A stretch of DNA of 64,000 bases, from contig JBLDXI010000058.1 in the NCBI GenBank assembly GCA_047495785.1, positions 1 to 64,000 of the forward strand. Direction: 5' to 3'. The first letter of the stretch is position 1; the number at the start of each line of letters is the position of its first letter. This document shows, in pieces, positions 51,960 through 61,784 of the stretch. Source of the stretch: Lepidodermella squamata. Taxonomy: Eukaryota; Animalia; Gastrotricha. The notes under the pieces were generated by a model, which had not been told where the DNA came from, ran no database searches, and saw only the letters and a list, made by a program, of their open reading frames with translations. A program made the position numbers and the translations under genes.

Positions 51960-52909
51960 GGGTGTATTTTTATATTCCCCGCCTCGCCCGGGTCAGCCCG
52001 CCGGATTTCACGGAAAAACAATAAAAAAATCCAGGCTGGGCGGGCAATGAGCACATTTTTTTATTCGCCCGTGTTTTTTTGCGGATGAGCTAGGATTTTC
52101 CGGGAATCGCGGGAAAAAACCAATAAAATAATCCAGGAAACGCGGGCGCCCGAATGCATTCAGCAATACAGCCCAACTCTCCCGCGGGAAAGCAGGGAAA
52201 CGCGGAAAAATTATTGAATGTCAACGGGCAGATCCGGAAAGTAACATCGCCTGAGAGCGTTTTTAACGAGATGCGCGTGATTCATCTGCTAATCAGAAAC
52301 TCTATAGTAACTTCAAAAATATGATATTGTGATGCACATCGCTTTATTCTATCGACTTCTGCGAATTTTTCAAGTTGACACTAATTAGCTCTGTCAAACA
52401 CGAATTCCGTTATTTGAAGTGTTTTGTTTTCGACACCGATGAGGTTTTCATGGACTGGTTGATTTCCTTCGCGCTCTTCCAGGTCGCTCACTGCGTTAAT
52501 GGCCCTTTTTCGTAACCCCAGGAAAATTCGAAATTCGCTTCCGTAATTTGACAATCGGTATAAAGCGATCACAGCTAGGTTAGGCTGAGATGATTAATCG
52601 CGTATTCAAGTTATTTAAGTTAAATTAAGTCATTCTTATGATTTTTTGCTGTGAAATCGCGTGCCTGATCAATTTTTTGCTTCATCGCCCGGCCTCGCCC
52701 GGCCTTTAACATCATTCATCATAAGATGAAGCCGGGCGATGAAGCAAAAACGGGCTGGCCGGGAAGTGCGGGAAACCAGAGAAAGTTGCTGAATGCTCTG
52801 CGGACGATACGGGCGAGTCGGGCTGTGCGGGCAGAATAAAAAAATGTACATGGGCAGTGCCCGGCTTTTTTGCGTTCGGGCAGGCCGGGCTGACTATAAA
52901 AATACACCC
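51960..52909. mobile_element. PIF/Harbinger-type MITE (950 bp), 3-bp TSD ACA
   Basis: GGGTGTATTTTTATA ... TATAAAAATACACCC termini with GC-rich subterminal inverted repeats. Confidence 0.85.
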
Positions 52910-52953
52910 ACAGGGTGTTTCATAAAAAACCGTACGAGATGAGCCTTATATTA

Positions 52954-53004
52954 GGGTGTATTTTTATATTCAGCCCGGCCTGCCAGGAATATAAAAATAC
53001 ACCC
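52954..53004. mobile_element. 51-bp mini Harbinger MITE of the same family, TSD TTA
   Basis: TTA|GGGTGTATTTTTATATTC..GAATATAAAAATACACCC|TTA. Confidence 0.9.
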
Positions 53005-53790
53005 TTAGCATGCATAAATAATATAGGAAAATTACTGCCGATATCGATTTTTCATGTGCCATTTTATTTTTGCTGTGTCGCGGAGAGAAAAAAAGCGGCA
53101 AGAATGCGGAATTTCTACGGTGAAAACGTGGCATCTTACGGTGTGTTTACGGTGAATTCACGGTTAACCTGCGGTCAATTTCTGTGATTTTTAGCCTAAA
53201 TTATCCTCGAGGATAAAGATTAACAATGCCGTCAAAATTATTGCCGCGCATTCTTCCTTTTAGCTTTGGAGTGGGTTTAAGTGTGCGTTTTCCTATATAT
53301 CCGGCAGTTTTAAGGTAAACTGCGAGCAGATCAACGGTGAAACGACGGTTAATAGTTCTGCAAATTTGAGCAACTGTTCCAATAGGAAATTGAATAAGTT
53401 TTACCGTGGAAAAATAACGTTACCTGCTTTTCCCTCGTAGAATTTTAACCTGGGAGTGTGGGATTTCTTAGGTTTTTTGGACTTTTGAGGCGAACTGAAA
53501 GTAGATCACCGGTAAAACGACGGTGAAATGTTCGAATAGGAAATAAACGAAGGTAACGGCGGAATATTGATTTTCTCTAATTTCTCTTTTGAAATAACTT
53601 GTAAACTCCGTCCAAACCCGCTTCACTCTTTATTGGCTGTCGACTGATCTTACTTGTCTCGCTAGCGCATGCGCCGTGGAAAGTCACCGTGGAACTTTGA
53701 CGCGAACAATCGCTAACTTGAACGTGCAATTGCGGCAATGCATCCATATCTCGTATTATAAAGTGACGTACCCAGTCTGGCTGATCAAAA

Positions 53791-53857
53791 ATCGGGGGAT
53801 CGAACCCAGGATATCTCTCTAAGAAGGCGCGGCTACAAGCTTTGAGGCATCATGCCC
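53791..53857 (-). pseudogene. tRNA-derived sequence (pseudo-tRNA or SINE head) inside the DNA transposon
   Basis: B box GGTTCGATCCC and a degenerate A box at tRNA-like spacing; acceptor stem not intact. Confidence 0.45.
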
Positions 53858-56710
53858 AAAACACACTCTATCGGGAAACCGGAAGGGGAGAAGAACAGGA
53901 TGCCGCTACTGCGCCCATACCCTTCAGTGCTTGGTAAAGGCTATGGTAGATTTGACACAAATCAGCTTAGCTCGAGTGGCATTCTTCCATGACTCAATAT
54001 CCAGTATTCAGATCGGCGGATGTCATGCATGGACGCCGTGTTATTAGCGGTCAATGGGTTATACGTCAGTTACCTGTGGTAAATAATCCACGTAATAATC
54101 CTTGGGATGGGCCTACTTGTAGAAAACCCTCCGCTCAAACAAAAAGCTGCAAGCACAAAATTGAGAAACCCTGCGGACAATTTCATTTTATATCGTGAAT
54201 ACGGATATCTGCCAAAACCATATCGCAAAGAGAGCAATTTATGTATGTCTCTCCGTGCGGATTCGCATGCACTGGGCATTTGCGCCGTAATAATTCGCCG
54301 ATGGGACGCGAGTGATCGGCCGAAAATTTGACACGACTGACCGACGGCAACGCGATGTGCTGCTATTGTGCTTATTAAAGAAAATGCTCGTTTGTCATTT
54401 TCTCAATGAATTCGATTGCTTTAGTTGCCTTAGTGCATTCGCCTATTGCTTATCATGTGTATAAGATGTGCGCGCCCCCCATTCTCAAACTAAAACCGTG
54501 CGCATAGAAACCATTCCGGCAAAACATTTGGCCAGTGTGCTGTAAATAAATGCCTTCTGCCTCATCGCTTGTTTGGTCTTTGATTGGCATTTTTTGGCGC
54601 TACATCGGTGGTTGATACTTCTGCAAACCCCTTTTTTCGGGATATAATTGCCTCGTTTCGATCTGGGGGTGCATTTTTCAGAAGCTCGTCCAAACATGCA
54701 ACGGCTCATGATTCTTGGTCTTACAATGGCATGCCTTTTGGTGAACAGGCCGGAGAAGCACGACAACGCTGCGTGGTGTCAATAAGCGAGCCGCGCAGCA
54801 TCTCTGCATAGCCCTTGCTTTAATGTTTAACGACTCCATTTACACTATTAGACGACTTGTTCGGGGTGATGTATGCGCTGGGCGCCCCTCAAGAGATATG
54901 CCAATTAAGGTATTTTCTTGACACCGTTAGAGCTTATTACGATGGCAAAGCTCGCGATGTCGTGCACAATCATTTAGGAAAAACTGCACACGTGCCAGAC
55001 GAGGTGTCGGCCCGAGCACGGCGAAAACGTTGGGTTCTCGCCGTACTGGGACTGTACCCGGCGGAGTTAGACGTGCACAAAAATACACTGACCTACCTAT
55101 TTTTCTCTCCGCCCCACTCGGGTTGACACTGCCCTTGCCTGTGTCCACTCTGTCCACTCTTGCGGTATTTGTTAGAATTCGATTTAGCGTAATCCGGGCA
55201 GACCCCGGCGCGGACAGGCTTCAGTCTGCTTCCCAGTCGGGCTCGATGCCCAGCGCGAACGGTCAGATTTCAGACTTCGTCGCGGTGCGTTTGCCATCAG
55301 ATCAATAATATGGCAGTTTAACAGCTGATTTTGATACAAAAATTGAATTTTTGGTAACAGAGAAGCTCCTAACAAAATGTCACCAACGAATTTTCGTAGA
55401 AACCTTACTGAAAATGTAGATCGTGAAAAAATTTACCGGAGGAATTTTGATTTCACCGTGTAAAACTCACACTATAACAGAAAATGAGCCTGAAACACCG
55501 CTATTTTGGTTGCCGCTACCGCATGGCTTTCTCTCGGAGAAATGCGAAAAATTTGCGGTGACCGTGCGGTTTTGGTGCATTTTTGGAGAAAAAAATTGCG
55601 CTAGCGCAAAAAATCCATAACGCGCAGCAGCAGTACATTTTTATAGGAGTTCGGTTTTTTATGAAACACCCTGTAGGCGTGATCGAAACAACAGCGTCGG
55701 CCATCCCGAAGCGCTCGAGGACACGGTCAATGTAAGCTTCCTGAGAGATTTTGATGCCAGCGCATGTGCTCTTTACGGAAAAAACGATGCAATGGCCTAT
55801 CAGTCAAACATCAGTCTTTCATCTCGAACTTCGTCGACAGGGCGCGCTTGACTTCGCCAATTGCTCGAGGAGTGGCGGCAATGGTGTGGTCGTCAACGTA
55901 GACACCGATGATCGCGTCTTGGTGGTAGAATACGCAAGGGTCGGCGTCAACTGGTTTCGCGCAAGAAATCGGTGAGCAACGCATTCCAACAGGCGCCAGC
56001 GTTCTTTAAACCATACACCGCGCGGCTAAGTTTCCAGACTTTGCCGTCCGGGTCTGGGAAGTTGGGTGGCGGTTTCAAGAACACCGGCTCACTCAACTCG
56101 CCAGATGGCTGAAATGGCGTCCATCTGGTGAACCACTAGATCTTCAGACGCGGCGATTGCCAGGATCGTGCGGAACGACGACATGCGCATGACAGGCGCG
56201 CAGGAGTCCTCTCGCTCGATTATTTGGCGATTTCCTTGAGCAACGAGCCTCGCCTTGAACTTAATGATCTCGCCTTTCTCGTCAAATTTGCATTTAAAAA
56301 CTCATCGGCTAACGATGAGCGGCTGACCAGGTGGAAGGAACACCGCTTCTTTGACTTTCAGCTTATCGAAGGAGGCAAGCTCATCCAGGCAAGCGAGGAA
56401 CCACTGCGTAGCGTATCTTGATGCCATAGCTTCATCGAATGTGAGTGGCTCTTCATCCGATCCCCCGCAGAGCCACGTGCCAGCGCAGGGGCTTCAAGGC
56501 GGGTACTCCAGCGAGTAGTTCGGGAATCAGGGAGCGGACTGTTAAATGCGCGCACGCTTTCGGGAATAGCCAGATTTCTCAATTCACGCGGAATGCGCAC
56601 AGGATTTCTCCACTGGATTTCTCCACTGCGGCGTAGCGGCATTTTGCGTGGACGCGGCTTCAGACGTGGTGGGAGGCGGAGCCGGCGCTGGACTCGGTTC
56701 AATTTGCACA

Positions 56711-56721
56711 GGTTATGAGCC
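56711..56721 (+). promoter_or_regulatory. Primer-binding site, half-tRNAiMet type
   Basis: CA|GGTTATGAGCC, complementary to the anticodon stem-loop of initiator tRNA-Met, like Drosophila copia GGTTATGGGCCC. Confidence 0.85.
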
Positions 56722-56784
56722 TTTAGCAAGCTTCCACTGCTTTAACTCTAAACTCAACTCTCAAGAAAGCATCTTTTTTCTTCC

Positions 56785-59700
56785 ATGAGTTCCCCGGAAA
56801 TCATAAACTCAGCCGTGCGAATCAAACGTCTATCGCAAGTCGAGGATTGGCGCTTCTGGACAATTCAATTCGAGAACCTCCTCGGCGCCCACTCCTGCCG
56901 GAAAACAATTTTCTCTGATAGCGATACTGTGACAGAACCCGATCCGAAACCGGCCCTTACGCCAGAAAACACCTACGAAAGTTGGTACAAGCGGCAATGT
57001 TTAGCAAAAACTCTTTTGTTCGAAGCTGTCGATGACCGTATTTGGAAACTACTCCTACCCGACCCCGACGTCAAAACGGCCAGACAACACTTCGACCTAG
57101 TGAAAAACCATTTCCATGCTAAAACTGCTACTCGCAAAGTTGAATTAAATCGACGCTTTTTTAATTTTAAGATGAAATCCGGTGACCTACGTACACACCT
57201 TCGCAACTACGAACAACTGGTTTTGGATATGCAGGCCATCGAAATTTCACCCACCAAAGAAGCGCTGAAGGAACAACTTTTGACAAGCCTGCCACCGAAG
57301 TACGATCATCTGGCTGCGACCTTCATCCGAGATGGCGATGATTATGCTGTTCTAATGAAGGGTCTGAAAAGTTTCGCAGATATGGGCAAGGATAGGAAGA
57401 AAGAAGATCAAGACGGAGGAGTTGCTCTCGCTGTCGGGTCTTGGCCTGGCAAGTCAAACCGCAAAGGCCAAGGCCGGCCACGCAAGACTGGTAAAGGGAA
57501 TCGGCCAAGTGGTAAGACCTCCAATAAACCTTCAGGTTGCTGGAATTGTGGCGAGCAGGGCCACATCAGGTCAAAATGTACCAAGCCGAAGCAACAGGTG
57601 AAACACGTTGCCGCTGCTGTTCAAGAGGACAGCGAAGAAATAGGATTCGTCGTAACTGAGTGTCTGCCGGAATCAATGAACGAGGCCACGTTCTTGGTCG
57701 ACTCTGGAGCAAGCAAACACATGGTATACTCGCGAGACTACATCGACGAATACGAGGCTTTCCCGGCACCGAAAACGGTAACAATCGGCGACGGCAAAAA
57801 GCTGGAAGCGGCAGGCTCCGGCGTTGTTCACCTGGTATCAAACGGCGTCCGCTTCATGCTTCAAAACGTCCTACTGGTTCAAGCTCTGGCGCTCAACCTT
57901 TTTTCGGTCAGCGCTGCTACTGGGCAAGGAAACCAGGTGGAGTTTGATGGCGCCGAGTGTAAACTGAAGCGAAATGGCACGATCGTGGCTACGGCAGCTT
58001 TGAACAAGAACGTCTACACGCTACAGTGTCACGTATGCTTACCAAATAAAGATGAATCTTGTTATTCTGCTTTCGCCTCTTTGTACACCTGGCACGAGAG
58101 ATTGGGACACTGCAATGAGCGCACCATACGTGAGATGGTTCGAACCGGTGCTGTGCAGGATCTCGATTTCAATACGAAGGACAAAATGCCGTTGTGCGAA
58201 AGTTGCATCTTAGGCAAGATGACTTACAAACCCCGACCAGCAATCAACGAAATCCGCTCGAAACGACCGCTCGAAATGACCTGGACTGACCTAATGGGAC
58301 CGATCACCCCACAATCGCACAACCACTACCGTTGGGTCATCACCTTTGTTGACGACTATTCGAGGCATACAACAGTCATGTTTCTCAAGTCGAAGGATGG
58401 CGCTTTTGACGCTCTTAAAATCTACAAAGCTCAAATGGAGTCAAAACTCAATCTTAAGATGGTTAAGTTAAGGAGCGACGGTGGTGGCGAATATGTCAGT
58501 AATGAGGCCAAAAATTGGATGCTTCATCACGGAGTAGTTCAGGAACTAACTTGCGCAGGTCAGCCGTGGTCCAACGGTAAGGTGGAACGCATGGGCAGGA
58601 CGTTGATGGATATGGCAAGAGCAATGCTGAAACTAAGCGGCCTACCAAAACAGTTCTGGGTTGAAGCTGTTCGAACCGCCGCCTACATTAGAAATCGCGT
58701 TCTCAGCAAAGCTACATTGAAAACCCCTCTTGAATTATTCATGAATATTATTCCTTCATTGAAGCATTTAAAAGTCTTTGGATGTGCTTGTTTTGTCAGA
58801 ATACCAGATTCCAAACGGCAAAAACTGGACGACAAGGCCAAACGGATGGTTTTCGTTGGTTATGCCGAAAATCGCAAGGGCTATCGTCTGTATGATCCTG
58901 AGACAAGCCGCTTCTTCGAAAGAGATAATGTTATATTCGACGAGACCGAAGTTGGGCAGCGTATGGCGATCTTACCAGCTGGTGGAGCCGCCGATATCGA
59001 GAAACCCGAGATCGACAACACCAGCGAGGCTGATGAAACGCAACCTGTCAACGATTCTGGTCTTGAGGTGGAGAATGAAATCGAGCCGCCCAAACAGCTC
59101 GACAATGCAAGACCAAAACGTGATGTCAAACCCATTTCTCGTACAGACTATCCCAAACTTGGGGTACCTCGAGTTGACACTATAAATTTCGCTCAAGATT
59201 TCCCAGAAAATAGCTTTGTTGTGCTTGCTGCTTTTGTTCAGGACGCTGAACCAATCACCTACGAGCAAGCCATGGCTGGTCCAGAAAGCAAGCAATGGGA
59301 TGAAGCGGTTGATGTCGAAATGTTGGCTCTCGAGAAAAATAATACCTATAAGATCGTGCCGCGACCTAGCAACAAGAAAGTGTTGGGTAGCCGATGGGTA
59401 TTCAAGCGGAAAACTGACAAGCACGGCAACGTCTGCAAGTACAAGGCTCGCTTCGTCGCTCAAGGTCACAAGCAGCGCCCTGGCGTACCTGGCATCAGTT
59501 ATGATTTGGACAACATCTATGCACCTGTCGCCAAGTTCACCACTGTACGGATCTTGCTAGCCTACGCAGCGATGAATGGCTACACCGCCTACCAGTACGA
59601 TGTCTCTGGCGCCTACCTGCATGGTAAAGTTTCGGAAGAAATTTACGTTGAACCTCCACCGGGTCGAAAGCCGAACGGCGATAAAGTGCTGCATTTAGTA

Positions 59701-60810
59701 CGTTCTTTGTACGGAATAAAACAGGCTGGAAAATGTTGGAATGAAACGCTGGTAACAGCTTTGAAACAAGATGGATGGTCGCAAAGTTTGGCTGACCCCT
59801 GTCTGTTCGTTAGAACCGACGGCGACCTTCTCGCGCTCATGGTAACCTACATCGACGACTTCGTCATGGTGTGCAACAACGACGACTTCCGCATGAAACT
59901 CGAGAAGGAACTTCAAATCCACTTCGATATGAAACTACTTGGCGTCATGAGTCATTTTCTTGGCATGGCCGTAGAGTTCGAGTCAGGTAAAATTTATCTA
60001 CACCAGACCGCCTACATTTTGAGCATGCTAGAAAAATATGGTTTGCAAAATTGCAACGGTCTGGCAACACCGGAAGATACCAATGTTAAGCTAAGCAATG
60101 ATGAAAGCATGGGCAGTCTGGTCGATCAAGAACTGTATCAATCAATGGTCGGCAGCTTGCTCTATGCCGCCACTTGCACGAGGCCCGACATCTCGCACGC
60201 TGTCTCAAGCGTTTGTCGATACAACTCCAAGCCCCGTACTAGTCACTTGACGGCGGCTAAACGAATCTTCCGTTACTTAAAACAAACAGCAAACCTGGCA
60301 CTAGTATATGATCGCTCAAAAACATGTAATGAAGTTTTCGGTTATTCAGATGCTGATTGGGCCGGTGATCTGGCAACGCGTCGATCAACCACTGGATATG
60401 TATTCATCGGCGCGGATGCCGCAATTTCATGGCATTCGAAACTGCAGCAAGTTCTAGCCCTGAGCACTATGGATGCCGAATATTACGCACTCAGCCAAGC
60501 CTGTCAAGAAGTGAGTTGGCTACGTCAACTGCTGAAGGACTGCTTGTTTCCTAACCTGAACAAGCCGACTCTCATTCACGTTGACAATCAAGCAGCTCTA
60601 TGTTTGGCTAACAACAGCATGACCACCAAGAGATCGAAGCACATGGACGTCAAGGTACATCACATTCGCGACCAAATTCTCGCCGGAGAAGTTCAAGTCA
60701 AGTGGTGTTCCACAAAGCTTATGGCCGCGGATATTTTCACTAAGGCGATTCCTCGTGTTCAATTTGAATATTTAGTCAAATTAATTGGATTGAAAGAAAC
60801 CAAAAATTGA
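56785..60810 (+). CDS. gag-pol: Copia Gag-Pol polyprotein (Gag, CCHC knuckle, PR, IN, RT, RNase H), 1341 aa
   Basis: CWNCGEQGHIRSKC; FLVDSGASKHM; WHERLGH..CESC; WTDLMGP, VDDYSR, LRSDGGGEY, NGKVER; YKARFVAQG, SLYGIKQAG, YIDDF; GYSDADWAGD, DNQAA, ADIFTK. Domain order PR-IN-RT-RH. Confidence 0.99.
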   Translation: MSSPEIINSAVRIKRLSQVEDWRFWTIQFENLLGAHSCRKTIFSDSDTVTEPDPKPALTPENTYESWYKRQCLAKTLLFEAVDDRIWKLLLPDPDVKTARQHFDLVKNHFHAKTATRKVELNRRFFNFKMKSGDLRTHLRNYEQLVLDMQAIEISPTKEALKEQLLTSLPPKYDHLAATFIRDGDDYAVLMKGLKSFADMGKDRKKEDQDGGVALAVGSWPGKSNRKGQGRPRKTGKGNRPSGKTSNKPSGCWNCGEQGHIRSKCTKPKQQVKHVAAAVQEDSEEIGFVVTECLPESMNEATFLVDSGASKHMVYSRDYIDEYEAFPAPKTVTIGDGKKLEAAGSGVVHLVSNGVRFMLQNVLLVQALALNLFSVSAATGQGNQVEFDGAECKLKRNGTIVATAALNKNVYTLQCHVCLPNKDESCYSAFASLYTWHERLGHCNERTIREMVRTGAVQDLDFNTKDKMPLCESCILGKMTYKPRPAINEIRSKRPLEMTWTDLMGPITPQSHNHYRWVITFVDDYSRHTTVMFLKSKDGAFDALKIYKAQMESKLNLKMVKLRSDGGGEYVSNEAKNWMLHHGVVQELTCAGQPWSNGKVERMGRTLMDMARAMLKLSGLPKQFWVEAVRTAAYIRNRVLSKATLKTPLELFMNIIPSLKHLKVFGCACFVRIPDSKRQKLDDKAKRMVFVGYAENRKGYRLYDPETSRFFERDNVIFDETEVGQRMAILPAGGAADIEKPEIDNTSEADETQPVNDSGLEVENEIEPPKQLDNARPKRDVKPISRTDYPKLGVPRVDTINFAQDFPENSFVVLAAFVQDAEPITYEQAMAGPESKQWDEAVDVEMLALEKNNTYKIVPRPSNKKVLGSRWVFKRKTDKHGNVCKYKARFVAQGHKQRPGVPGISYDLDNIYAPVAKFTTVRILLAYAAMNGYTAYQYDVSGAYLHGKVSEEIYVEPPPGRKPNGDKVLHLVRSLYGIKQAGKCWNETLVTALKQDGWSQSLADPCLFVRTDGDLLALMVTYIDDFVMVCNNDDFRMKLEKELQIHFDMKLLGVMSHFLGMAVEFESGKIYLHQTAYILSMLEKYGLQNCNGLATPEDTNVKLSNDESMGSLVDQELYQSMVGSLLYAATCTRPDISHAVSSVCRYNSKPRTSHLTAAKRIFRYLKQTANLALVYDRSKTCNEVFGYSDADWAGDLATRRSTTGYVFIGADAAISWHSKLQQVLALSTMDAEYYALSQACQEVSWLRQLLKDCLFPNLNKPTLIHVDNQAALCLANNSMTTKRSKHMDVKVHHIRDQILAGEVQVKWCSTKLMAADIFTKAIPRVQFEYLVKLIGLKETKN

Positions 60811-60852
60811 TCGACAACAACACCACAAATTTATTATTTAGACTCAACAAAA

Positions 60853-61572
60853 ATGTTTATCCTCTATATAATGGTAACGATCATCAGCGCCCCAAGCGCG
60901 GCGCCGGCGAAGGTCAGCGCTAGCACCGCCAACCCAGCGACAACAATCTTCAACCAGTACGGCGTCTTCCCACTTTTCTTCTCGCCGACGGCACCAATAA
61001 CAGTTGAATCAGCAAATTCGGTCATAATAACAAATGTCGAGAAATCTAGGACAAGGAGGGAAATAATACAATGCAAGTCCACGTTAGCTCAAAAGGTGCT
61101 TCGTCAATGTGCGGTGAAGCAGCTGGAAACACTGGTCCGTGACGAAAAAGCGACTTTAGAACTGGTCGAGTCAGCAAGCCTTATATTTTCTGGAGAGGCT
61201 GAAATCGATATAAAGATATTCAATGTGATAATAGGAATGTTCAGGGACCTCAAGGCAAGCGGTCCGAAAATCGCCATGCTTCAGCAGCACGTGGCGGAAC
61301 TGAACAACACGCATAATTCCACGAGAATACTGGTCGCCCAATTAGCCGATTTGGCAAACAACGTTGGCAAGCAGGACGACGTTTGGGTGCCCGACGATAT
61401 CACTAATTGGAACATCACTATCACGGCGATTGCGTTGGCCACCGGGTCAATATTATTACATGTGATATTTTTTATCAAGACGTGTCGGTTCGCAACAACT
61501 ACAGCTGGACCGACGCAAACTAGGTCAGCGGACAGTGCCCCTCTGGCTGGCACCGCATATAAAGACTATTAA
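60853..61572 (+). CDS. Env-like type I membrane glycoprotein, 239 aa
   Basis: Hydrophobic N-terminus (aa 1-16), RTRR furin motif (66-69), heptad repeat (140-171), sequons N151/N155/N187, TM segment (188-208), short tail; located between pol and the PPT. Confidence 0.85.
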   Translation: MFILYIMVTIISAPSAAPAKVSASTANPATTIFNQYGVFPLFFSPTAPITVESANSVIITNVEKSRTRREIIQCKSTLAQKVLRQCAVKQLETLVRDEKATLELVESASLIFSGEAEIDIKIFNVIIGMFRDLKASGPKIAMLQQHVAELNNTHNSTRILVAQLADLANNVGKQDDVWVPDDITNWNITITAIALATGSILLHVIFFIKTCRFATTTAGPTQTRSADSAPLAGTAYKDY

Positions 61573-61599
61573 TAGAAATAAGTGTAATGATAATAGTTT

Positions 61600-61610
61600 G
61601 AGTGGTGGAG
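61600..61610 (+). promoter_or_regulatory. Polypurine tract
   Basis: GAGTGGTGGAG immediately before the TG of the LTR. Confidence 0.75.
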
Positions 61611-61784
61611 TGTTGGAAATTGGAACGACTCCAACCATTATAATGATATTACACTCTAGTGCTATTGTAGTTCGTACTCATGTTCTCTGTTAGCACTACA
61701 TGAGCACGTCAATTAGGCTATATAAGTAACATTGTTATATGAATAAAGCACACGAAAAGTAACTTCTCCGACTTAAATTCTACA
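61611..61784 (+). repeat. 3' LTR of Copia B (174 bp)
   Basis: TGTTGGAAAT...AAATTCTACA, TATATAA at 61719, AATAAA at 61742; Copia A sequence resumes at 61785. Confidence 0.85.

Larger units (their letters stand above)
51958..55673. mobile_element. Tc1-mariner-type non-autonomous DNA transposon inserted in the Copia A RT region
   Basis: TIR CAGGGTGTTTCATAAAAAACCG / CGGTTTTTTATGAAACACCCTG with a TA duplication; Copia reading (SITP|YDANV) is restored on removal; many ACGGTGAA/TTCACCGT subterminal repeats. Confidence 0.88.
56711..61784 (+). mobile_element. Intact-ORF Ty1/Copia element B with an env-like third gene; 5' LTR missing
   Basis: PBS, gag-pol, ORF2, PPT and 3' LTR in order; nested in antisense orientation within Copia A. 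Confidence 0.95.

Noticed and set aside
53791-53857. Functional tRNA gene
   Set aside because: B box is present but the acceptor and anticodon stems do not pair; it lies inside a transposon.
56973-61553. Antisense and alternate-frame ORFs within Copia B
   Set aside because: Short shadows of the long gag-pol and ORF2 frames with no independent motifs.
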